Source: Macrostomum lignano (lineage: Eukaryota). Taken from it: DNA of 37,866 nucleotides. A program made the translations under genes and the position numbers. The DNA lies in NCBI GenBank assembly GCA_002269645.1, contig NIVC01004693.1:1-37866 (forward strand). Reading direction: 5' to 3'. The stretch's first letter is position 1. Each line of letters opens with the position of its first letter. Below, one piece after another: positions 28,099-37,866 of the stretch. The notes beneath the pieces were generated by a model that was not told the DNA's origin, did not search any database, and worked only from the letters and a program-made list of their open reading frames with translations.

Positions 28099-28769
28099 TG
28101 CGAATTCAGCTGATTGTTTTCAATCAAGCTCCTAGAATTTGTTAATTCGAGCTTTTTCCACAACAACTAACTCTAACTACTACATGAGCAGCATAATTGA
28201 AGACCCTCTTTTTCAAAAGCACTCGGTTTTAGGCCATAGATATCTACATACCAAACATCCATAATAAGGCACTATATGCTTCTGAAAGTGCAGCAACACT
28301 ATAGCAAAAGTGCGCGTAACCCACAAGTGTCTATGGGTGCGGCTGTACGAAACAGACTTGGTTTAGATAGCTGTAGAGAGAGTAAAACCGAGCTATGGAC
28401 GCTTATATGAATTAAGCCTAAAACTACACAAGGCTCTGCGAATTAAGATTGTAACACCATATAAATGTGTAAAAGCGTGCATTAAACGCTAAAATCGTGC
28501 TTAAATGGCTGGTGATCGCGTATTGCCTGGAGTCATTTACTGCACGAGAAATATATATCGTGTTACAATACTACTCAATACTTGGTTTTTCTTGCTTAAA
28601 ACCAAGTATTGAGTCATATTTATATTCGTATTCTTTGCAGCGACTCTGCAGTTGACAATGTTCGGACACTAACTCATAAACACCCCGGCATTGAAGCTCA
28701 TTGGATTTATAATGCATATGTACACCAGGACTGTAAATAATTGCCAAAGAAGCTACTGTACCGGGCTCT

Positions 28770-29330
28770 AGGCAGTAGGCGCCTACGATTCTGCCCAAAC
28801 CCGGAGAGATACCCAGGAGATAAAAACACTATTACTCTGCTTTCAGTTCAAAAAAGCACCAAAGCAATCAAAGTGGTCTGTTTGCGTACAACACTCTCGG
28901 AGGCACTGAAGGCAGGCGTCCAGCCTCTAATGGTTCTGCTTCAGGTCGGTAGGCGTACACTTACCACGTCGTCGTGCACCCTCCAGACGCCGTCGATGCT
29001 GATGAGGATACCCAGCATACCCAGCAGTCGCATCAGTCCAAGTCGCGTGCTGAAGGCGAAGAGGTGATGGCTGCTCTCGTGGACGGGGATGTGATAGAAA
29101 GCTGAACAGCTTGGCGTCGGCCATTCCCTTGGTGATTTCGTCCAATGTGGGGATTTGCTGCTTCTCCAGGGTGACGAAGGCGTTTGAGATCTTGGAAGTC
29201 GTCCTGGCAGATTCTGACCCCACCGTCGCTCTGTGGGCACCATCACCATTCGTGACACTCAGAACCTAGGACCTTTGATTGCCTCGATGATGCCCTGCTC
29301 TAGGGGGACATGGCGACATGGCATATGCAT
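28770..29330 (-). mobile_element. Ty3/Gypsy LTR-retrotransposon reverse transcriptase relic
   Basis: Frameshifted motifs in the expected order: EQGIIEAIKGP..VSRMVMVP, DGGVRICQDDF, IPTLDEITKGMADAKLFS, YHIPVHESSHHLFAFSTRLG, GIDGV...HDDVV, RLDACLQCLRE. Confidence 0.85.
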
Positions 29331-30690
29331 TGATAGCTCACCGATGTAATCACATAGAAATGAAAACCTCTCCCACAACAAAAATACTGGATCCATCATG
29401 CATCGACGAAATTTGATATGTAGTTACTATCGGAACGTTTTGATTGGGCAAATCACTTTATTCAGATTTACTAAGAAGCATCGAGGGCAAAAAAGGCAAT
29501 GCTGTAAAGTTTAAGCTTGCGTGCCGCGAATGTTGCTCACATATTGCTTGTCCGATTCAATACACATCTGCTAGTCGATATTGGGGGTCGGGATAAGTTG
29601 ATTGATTCGTGTGATTGCTCAAGATATAAGCGTTGCAGCTTGTTAATAAGAGCTTTATAAACTGGTACAGCAGGTAAGCGACGAAGTAATGCAAAATGAG
29701 GCTTGAGAGCGCTATGAATGAGAGTCAGGTCATCAGAAGTGTGGCAAGAAACTGACGGATTCGAGTTGAATAGGACTAGACTAAATGTTGTGCTCTAAAA
29801 AAGAACTACTGAATGTCCCTGCTTTGACATGCATAATGAACCTAGTAGGTAAGCATGATGAGCGATGCAAGTTGCACACTTTGCCCGTTTATAGATTTCG
29901 ACTTTCAAGCCAATTCATTAGTATCATATGTCTGCAGAAAACATTTCGAATGCACCCATTGTTCCATCCGAATCTATAGATCGTTGGATTTTAGTAACTA
30001 TGCTATAGGTGCGTGTCCTTGGCGAGCAAACTAATGACGAAATTGCCGACTTCGAAATGCAAACACAAAGAAAGAGAACGGAATGTAGCGAGCACAATGG
30101 CTAATTGGAAGGAGCGACTCGACATTTTCGATCATTAACTATCTATAGCTTCGTCATTCACTGTCAGAGCATCTTTCTCACCGGGAGTTACACTTCGTCC
30201 AATTGTCGGGACTGCGTATTTAAGAAGCAACCGAAGAAGATCGCGGGAAACGTCTGACTGATGCGACTGCAACAGTTGTTTTGTTTTGTAACAACCGCCT
30301 CGGTACAACCTTGTCAGCTTCACATGCAGAAAAGGTAGGGTAATAATAGTTTTCATGCTTTTCAAAGTATCGAGCATCCTTAAGAACATCCCAGAGATAA
30401 GAGGGCAGAGGCTACCCTTCTTATTGTAACTGGTACGTTTATAGGACTATATGTACGTCTATTTCAAAGACCGCTAAAAGTTGAGCTTTTGAGCGGAAAG
30501 CAAATCCTTAGACTGAGATAGATAAGATTCCGAGATTAGAGGGTCTGGTAAAAGCAGGCTTTTCAAAAGCTTAAAGAAAAGTTACTGCTGCTAGTTCGTA
30601 TTGAAAGCAAACCGAGAATTGAGTCTCTGGTGGGTTCAATTCTGCGCAGAACCACATTAAGTTTACGAACGTGTAAGTTCGATCGAGCAC

Positions 30691-31095
30691 AGAATGGGCT
30701 AGTCGCGCCCATGAGAGCCAGCTGTCGAGGCATACGGAATGGGCTAGTCACGCCCATGAGGGCCAGCTGTCGAGGCATACGGAATGGGCTAGTCACGCCC
30801 ATGAGAGCCAGCCGTCGAGGCACACGGAATGGGCTAGTCACGCCCATGAGAGCCAGCCGTCGAGGCACACGGAATGGGCTAGTCACGCCCATGAGAGCCA
30901 GCCGTCGAGGCACACGGAATGGGCTAGTCACGCCCATGAGGGAGAGCTGTCGAGGCACACGGAATGGGCTAGTCACGCCCATGAGAGCCAGCCGTCGAGG
31001 CACACGGAATGGGCTAGTCACGCCCATGAGAGCCAGCCGTCGAGGCACACGGAATGGGCTAGTCACGCCCATGAGGGAGAGCTGTCGAGGCACAG
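30691..31095. repeat. 45-bp minisatellite (GGAATGGGCTAGTCACGCCCATGAGAGCCAGCCGTCGAGGCACAC), 9 copies
   Basis: Read directly. Confidence 0.96.
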
Positions 31096-31714
31096 AGTGT
31101 ATGCACAGCCTCACGAGAAAGTTAGGTCTGCTGTGTATCCTGTCTGGGCAAGAGCGTGCACCTGCGTACGTACGAGCTACCTGTAACTTGTGCGCGAGGG
31201 TGCTTGCTCGGGCACTCAAAATGGGCATTAGGAAAACCTTGAGTCGCGTTAGATAAACTCCTTTCTCGTCAATGAAAAGTTTCACAGGCGAATCCGACAT
31301 TCAAAGCAATATAATCATGATTTCGGATCTCGTGCCCCTACAAGTCCATATACTTTAGAATTCAAAGTCCTTGTCAATAGAACTGTCATTATAGAAATCT
31401 TTGGCGCTAGGGAGAGGGCGAGAGTTCAGACGCGGACGAGCGTGACTAAGTGTCCTGATTAGGGATCGAGGCACCACCCATGCCTCTCAGAATAACTAGC
31501 ATGAAGTGTTATTCATCAACCGCGAGCGCAACGTCAGTACGGTGCGCGTCTCGGGTTCCAATCTTCGACTAATCTCTCTCCACGGGGAGGGGATTTGGGT
31601 TGGAGGGTTTCAAATATTTACACCGATTCTAATTACAATATTTACAGAGCGCCTACCCTAAAAGCGTTTATCCTCATACTTTGCAGAATTACATGTCAGA
31701 ATATAATATAATAG

Positions 31715-32016
31715 TAATAATAATAACAATAATAGATTACATCTGCCTCAATTAGGCCAGATGCAGCTCAGCCGGAGCTATTGCGCGGCGCATCTGAAGG
31801 CTGTGTACGGCTGTTCAGTCCAAGGACCGGGCTCGCCACACACACCCTCAATTACCCCATGCTAATGCTGCCACCCATTTTACAGCTGGGTGAACTGAAG
31901 CAATGCAGAGTTAAGTGTCTTGCTCAAGGACACAAATTGTTCCGAGTGGGATCGAGAATCGAACCCCCGACCTTCAAGTCGTGAGTCGGACGCTCTAACC
32001 ATTAGGCTACATCCCT
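31715..32016 (-). mobile_element. tRNA-derived SINE, family 1, copy D (near full length with an (ATT)-like tail)
   Basis: Reverse complement of the complete head, core and body, plus a TATTATT-rich tail. Confidence 0.88.
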
Positions 32017-32693
32017 TTGTAGGACTATGCATCAGATAGGAACTCTAATAAACCATTTTCCGCACTGAACACGATAGTCGTGATATTCAACGATTCATTC
32101 AGGAAGTTTGAATTTTGATTAATGCGCCCAATTTCGATGGTTAATAGCCAATTGACTTCTGCTTCTTCGTTTGGCTATCAGACATAATACGTTTTCGGAA
32201 CGATCGATGTATAAGAAAATTATCAAGTCATTCGATCTCCAGTCCACTCCACATCGAATTCCTCAAGCTCCTTTGCAGGAAATTGTCAATCTAAATCAGC
32301 TCGTATGCAAGCAATTTAGCAAAGAGGCTTCTGCCCTCGGCCGTATCCCTCACATGAAAGCAGAGCAGTGCTCAGGTGTTCCCCGGACAGGTCTAGTATT
32401 AGAAAAACAGGATCTTCAGTTCAGAGAGGCCGATTTGGACATTGCGGGAAGCTCCGGCCGCTTACAATTATCAATGCATCCGCGGCTTAAGTGTGGCATG
32501 AGTGCTCAGAATGCCTAAGTCCGTGCCAGCGAATTAATTAATTCGATTTCTGCCCATACATAGAGGGAATGAATCCGTGCAACAGCTAGTCTTATGCGAA
32601 CAAGACGCCTTTCATTCACTGAGATGCCTCAGGCTTATGCGCTGCAGTTCTAGGCATTGCTGAATCCATCCTTGACCTCATACTTTGAAGTCC

Positions 32694-33985
32694 CCGTCAT
32701 GACCTCCCTTTTTGACCTTCCTGTTTTGACCCCCTGTCTTGACCTCCCCGTTTTGACCTCCCCGTATTGACCTCCCTGTTTTGACCTCCCTGTTTTGACT
32801 TCCCTGTTTCGACCTCCCTGTTTTGACCTCCCTGTTTTGACCTCCCTGTTTTGACCTCCCTGTTTTGACCTCCCCGTTTTGACCTCCCTGCCTTGACTTC
32901 CCTGCTTTGACCTCCCGGGCTTGACCTCCCTGTTTTGACCTCCCCGTTTTGACCTCCCTGCCTTGACTTCCCTGTTTTGACCTCCCTAGCTTGACCTCCC
33001 TGTTTTGATCTCCCTGGCTTAACCTCCCTGTCTTGACCTCCCTGCCTTGACTTCCCTGTCTTGACCTCCCTGTTTTGACCTCCCTGTTTCGACCTCCCTG
33101 TTTTGACCTCCCCGTCATGACCTCCCTGTTTTGACCTCCCTGTTTTGACCTCCCCGTTTTGACCTCCCTGCCTTGACTTCCCTGTTTTGACCTCCCTAGC
33201 TTGACCTCCCTGTTTTGACCCCCTGTCTTGACCTCCCCGTTTTGACCTCCCCGTATTGACCTCCCTGTTTTGACCTCCCTGTTTTGACTTCCCTGTTTTG
33301 ACCTCCCTGTTTTGACTTCCTTGTCTTAACCTCCCTGACTTGACCTCTCTGTTTTGATCTCCCTGGCTTAACCTCCCTGTCTTGACCTCCCTGCCTTGAC
33401 TTCCCTGTCTTGACCTCCCTGTTTTGACCTCCCTGTCTTAACCTCCCTGTCTTGACCTCTCTGTTTTGACCTCCCCGTCATGACCTCCCTGTTTTGACTT
33501 CCCTGTCTTGACCTCCCTGTTTCGAGCTCCCTGTTTTGACCTCCCTGTTTTGACCTCCCTGTTTTGACCTTCCTGTTTTGACCTCCCCGGTTTGACCTCC
33601 CTGCCTTCACTTCCCTGTTTTGACTTCCCTGTCTTGACCTCCCTGTCTTGACCTCCCTGTTTTGACCTCCCCGTCATGACCTCCCTGTTTTGACCTCCTG
33701 TTTTGACCTCCCTGTTTTGACCTCCCTGCCTTGACTTTCCTGTCTTGACCTCCCTGTCTTGACCTCCCTGTCTTGACCTCCCTGTTTTGACCTCCCTGTT
33801 TTGACCTTCCTGTTTTGACCTCCCCGGTTTGACCTCCCTGCCTTCACTTCCCTGTTTTGACCTCCCTGGCTTGACCTCCCTGTGTTTGACCTCTCTGTTT
33901 TGACCTTCCTGTTTTGACCTCCCCAGTTTGACCTCCCTGCCTTCACTTCCCTGTTTTCACCTCCCTGTCTTGACCTCCGTATTTG
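32694..33985. repeat. 14-bp minisatellite GACCTCCCTGTTTT, about 90 degenerate copies
   Basis: Read directly. It gives the REVKTGRSKQGG ORFs. Confidence 0.96.
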
Positions 33986-34547
33986 ACGTACCTAGATTTC
34001 GAAATTGCTGCAATTTTCGGCATCCAAAAAGTTTGAAAAGTTGACAATAAAACTATTGGTAAGCTTTTCGTGTTCTTATATATCTTCAATCCGAGCGTAA
34101 AAGTACACGAAGTGATGTAAAATTAGAAAAGCTTGGACGATAGCTCAGTGCAGCTGTGCTATCGAATTTCTGATATAAAATAAATGCATCGCTTGCATTG
34201 GAACTGGCAAACTCAATGAAGGCTCTCTCATAAAGGAGTCGAAACATAAAACTGGGACAAACGAGCATAAACAGATCGATGCCGCCTTTGATCAGAGCTT
34301 GCCCTGGCTCAGGCAGAATTTATTTAGACCCGTAACTGCAAGGTGTTCTCAGCTCATCAAACTAATGAGCAGCTAAGGCAGAGCAGAGGCAACAGTTCCT
34401 AGGCAGTGGGTAAATGATCATTAAGGAAATTGGAGTCGATTCACCTGCATCACGGAGTCTGTAGCGATGCTGACATTTTGGGATTGGAATTTATCTGAGA
34501 ATCTAAGCATAGACTCATAGAGTTCCCGATAAGTTTTTTGATCCTGT

Positions 34548-35286
34548 GAGATATTGCATCAAGACATTGGGTGTTCACATCAAGACATCAAGGTGCTCAC
34601 AGCAAGACATCAGGGTGCTCACAGCAAGACATCAGGGTGCTCACAGCAAGACATCAGGGTACTCACAGCAAGACATCAGGGTGCTCACAGCAAGACATCA
34701 GGGTACTCACAGCAAGACATCAGGGTGCTCACAGCAAGACATCAGGGTGCTCACAGCAAGACATCAAGGTGCTCACAGCAAGACATCAGGGTGCTCACAG
34801 CAAGACATCAGGGTGCTCACAGCAAGACATCAGGGTGCTCACAGCAAGACATCAGGGTGCTCACAGCAAGACATCAGGGTGCTCACAGCAAGACATCAAG
34901 GTGCTCACAGCAAGACATCAGGGTGCTCACAGCAAGACATCAGGGTGCTCACAGCAAGACATCAGGGTACTCACAGCAAGACATCAGGGTGCTCACAGCA
35001 AGACATCAGGGTACTCACAGCAAGACATCAGGGTGCTCACAGCAAGACATTGGGTGCTCACAGCAAGACATTGGGTGCTCACAGCAAGACATTGGGTGCT
35101 CACAGCAAGACATTGGGTGCTCACATCAAGACATCAAGGTGCTCACATCAAGACATTGGGTGCTCACATCAAGACATTGGGTGCTCACATCAAGACATCA
35201 GGGTGCTCACATCAAGACATTGGGTGCTCACAGCAAGACATCAGGGTGCTCACATCAAGACATTGGGTGCTCACATCAAGACACAC
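34548..35286. repeat. 22-bp (and 21-bp variant) minisatellite CACAGCAAGACATCAGGGTGCT, about 34 copies
   Basis: Read directly. All three frames are open because the unit contains no stop codon. Confidence 0.96.
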
Positions 35287-35364
35287 GGGCTGGTGCCAAG
35301 ATAGAACCATTTTTAATTCCTAGATCTGTATACTTATGAAAGCTCCTCCTATTATTATTATTAC

Positions 35365-35672
35365 TTTAGGAAATAATAATATTAATAATTGATTACACCT
35401 GCCCCAATTGGGCCAGATGTGCAACGATAGCTCAGCCGCAGCTATTGCGCGGCGCATCTGAACTGAAGGCTGAGTACGGCTGTTCAGTCCAAGGACTGGG
35501 GGGAGGAGGTTGCCACACACAGCCTCAATTACCGCAGCTAATGCTGGCACCCATTTTACAACGGGTTGAGCTGAAGCAATGCAGAGTTAAGTGTCTTGCT
35601 CAAGGACACATATCGTTCCGTGTGGGATCAGGAATCGAACCCCGACCTTCAAGTCATAAGTCACGACGCTAC
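35365..35672 (-). mobile_element. tRNA-derived SINE, family 1, copy E
   Basis: Reverse complement of the family 1 core and body with an (ATT)-like tail; the 5' head is eroded. Confidence 0.85.
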
Positions 35673-35740
35673 AACGGGGAGCTCCCTTGTTGCAGAGTTA
35701 AGAGGAAGGCTCAAGGACACAATGTCAAAAGACATCTTCC

Positions 35741-35940
35741 CCATCAGAAAAATCATAACCAAAAGTACAGGTGCCGACACAAACTAACATTAGGCTTAGT
35801 TTGCAAATGTGATTAATTTCCGCCTTCTGGGATCAATCCATCGAAAAATCATAACCAAAAGTACGATAATATCGAATTTCAAACAAGGAACAATTAGTTT
35901 GCAAATGTGATTAATTTCCGCCTTCTGGATCAATCCGAGC
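35741..35940. repeat. Imperfect direct duplication of a ~97-bp unit
   Basis: AAAAATCATAACCAAAAGTAC...TTAGTTTGCAAATGTGATTAATTTCCGCCTTCTGG(G)ATCAATCC occurs twice in tandem. Confidence 0.85.
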
Positions 35941-36702
35941 AGACAAAGAGGGTACGGCGATAATATCGAATTTCTCAGGAACAATACTAAATAGACGAGC
36001 TATATGGGTTAAAAAACTAGGAAATATTGAGTAATCCAACACCCCATATCCTATACTGGCACTAAGGGACCTTTTCCCCATGTTGTCTCATCTACGGGAA
36101 TTTCTATGTCTAGTGGGCCTCTGATTCATGGGATACGGGATTTGTAAATCGATCGAATGCAGTAGCTATAGTGACCACTTCATCGGATAGGTGAGCTCGG
36201 CTGCATCTGGCTTGCATGCTCCGCACACCCCCATTATAGCTGTGGAACTCACAGATGGAGCCTGGGCTATACTGACGAATGCGTTGATTGGTTCTTGCCC
36301 CTTTTAGCGTTCGACTGGGGCCTCTCTCTCTCTCTCTCTCTCCCTCCTTATACCTCACTCCCCACGCGACAAGGCCGTCAATTTTGCTAGCCTCCAGCCT
36401 TTGTCCCGCTGGCTAGGTACAAGGAGCACACGAAAAAGAGAGTAGGGGGGAAGGAGATTGGTAACTGCAGAAGGCTATATCAATAGTTGGCATGCAGCAG
36501 CCATGCCAGCACTGACCAGCAGAGGCCAAAGCTTCCCCGCGTAATCGACAGTCGCTTGAGGACATTCTTCTTCTTTCTACACGCCTGTGTCACTCTCGCC
36601 TAGCTGATTTCTCTATCCATCTTTTTTTCGCCCAGAAATTGCCACTCGCAGCAGGAGCAGCAGCAGAAGCCAGTGCAGCCCAGTCGCTCCCGCCCAGTTG
36701 CC

Positions 36703-37439
36703 ATGGGCTGCGGGCCGAGCGCTGCAACAGCCGCGGTGGCCGAAGCTGCAGCCGCGGAAACTGACGCAAAAATCTTTGAAACGTCCCAGTCGACAGCGCA
36801 GAGCCATCAGCAGCATCAGCGAGTCGGTGTCGCCCAAATATGCGACACCTCAGCAAGTCGGCCGTCAGCCTCCGAAGCGGCATCTCGACGAGAACAAACG
36901 AGGCCGGCGGCCAGCAGCCCGCGTCGGCTGCAGACGACATGGAGGCGGAGGCGAAAAACGAAGTCAGCCTACAGTCGGCGGTGCTCATCCAGAAGTGGTA
37001 CCGGCGTTACAAGGCCCGGCTAGAGGCCCGCAGACAGACCAGCTGGATGATCTACCAGAGCATCGAGTACTCCAGCGAGTCCAGCCAGCTGCACCTGTAC
37101 AATTTCTTTAACGACATGCTGCGCCTCGGAGGCGGCAGTGTCGGCGGGGCGTCTGCGAATGCCGGCTTTGCAGAGCGACTGCGGCAGAGAAGCATCGAAG
37201 AGGAGGACGAGGAGCTGCTTGAGCACACTGGCTACTCGGAAATCACCGTGGAGAGGAACTACAAGGGCCCGAAGTTGAGCTTCCCGTTGAGCGCCACTCA
37301 CGTGCAGCTGATGATTGACAGTTTCAGGCAGGGCGGCCTGCTTCACGCCCGGTACCTGCTGCAGCTGCTGCACGAAACCAGGTCGGTGCTGAAGACGCGG
37401 CAGAATATTCAGCTTGTCAGCAGTAGCATATCAAAGCAG
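36703..37439 (+). CDS. PPEF: Serine/threonine phosphatase with EF hands (PPEF/rdgC family), first coding exon; the gene continues beyond the window
   Basis: IQ motif SAVLIQKWYRRYKARLEARR and family motifs TSWMIYQSIEYSSE, QLHLYNFFNDM, YKGPKLSFPL and LHARYLLQLLHET. Donor CAG|GTAAGA at 37439/37440. The acylation-type start MGCGPS at 36703 is in a different frame from the conserved region. Confidence 0.92.
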
Positions 37440-37619
37440 GTAAGAGTAGAACGTTTTGTTTGCAGTCTCTAAGATCTTCAATCTTAGAAATAACCAGGAG
37501 CGTCGCCAATGGGGGGGGACAAGGGGGCATGTTCCACCAGTAAAAGCTATAGGTGGAACATGCTAATGTCGGCCCGCTCCATCTTGCGACCCGTTACGGA
37601 ATTTATGGAATTTTGCTTC

Positions 37620-37866
37620 AGGGCGCCAAAATGAGTGCCTGCCTGCGGCGCCAAAATGAGTGCCTGCCTGTAGCGCCAAAATGAGTGCCTGCCTGTGGCG
37701 CCAAAATGAGTGCCTGCCTGCGGCGCCAAAATGAGTGCCGTGCCTGCTGCGGCGCCAAAATGAGTGTCTGCCTGCGGCGCCAAAATGAGTGCCTGCCTGC
37801 GGCGCCAAAATGAGTGCCTGCCTGCTGGCGCCAAAATGAGTGCCTGCCTGCGGCGCCAAAATGAGT
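37620..37866. repeat. 25-bp minisatellite GGCGCCAAAATGAGTGCCTGCCTGC in the PPEF intron, running off the window end
   Basis: Read directly. Confidence 0.95.

Noticed and set aside
32171-32518. 115-aa plus-strand ORF
   Set aside because: It starts at a non-ATG codon and has no motif or splice structure that I can support.

Overview
Eukaryotic (invertebrate) genomic DNA with GC-rich, Ala/Gln-rich exons and AT-rich, minisatellite-laden introns and intergenic DNA. The style fits a free-living flatworm such as Macrostomum, but that is inference only. Genes recognised: the 3' end of an innexin (+, 1-505, with indels); an SMB-like, class B/adhesion-type 7TM receptor (+, 2571-4915); a lesioned secreted CUB/CUB-like/PAN gene (-, 5802-8686) that the ORF track largely misses; a fully spliceable six-exon group II PAK kinase (-, 12140-16913, 604 aa); a two-exon PLAC8/cornifelin-family gene that needs a GC-AG intron (-, 27600-28098); and the 5' part of a PPEF/rdgC phosphatase (+, from 36703). 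Mobile DNA: a decayed Ngaro/DIRS-type tyrosine-recombinase retrotransposon with a SAP-like motif at the start of gag (~24.5-27.3 kb), a Ty3/Gypsy RT relic, five copies of a tRNA-derived SINE with a CORE/Meta-like centre, a probable second SINE family, a TTAA-flanked inverted-repeat element (Kolobok-like) and a lone hAT-like end. About 15 tandem arrays explain most of the long repetitive ORFs in the track. I found no convincing new multi-gene system. The best leads are the SAP-gag YR element, the CUB/PAN gene, the GC-AG PLAC8 gene and the SINEs. All analysis was by eye, with no database searches.
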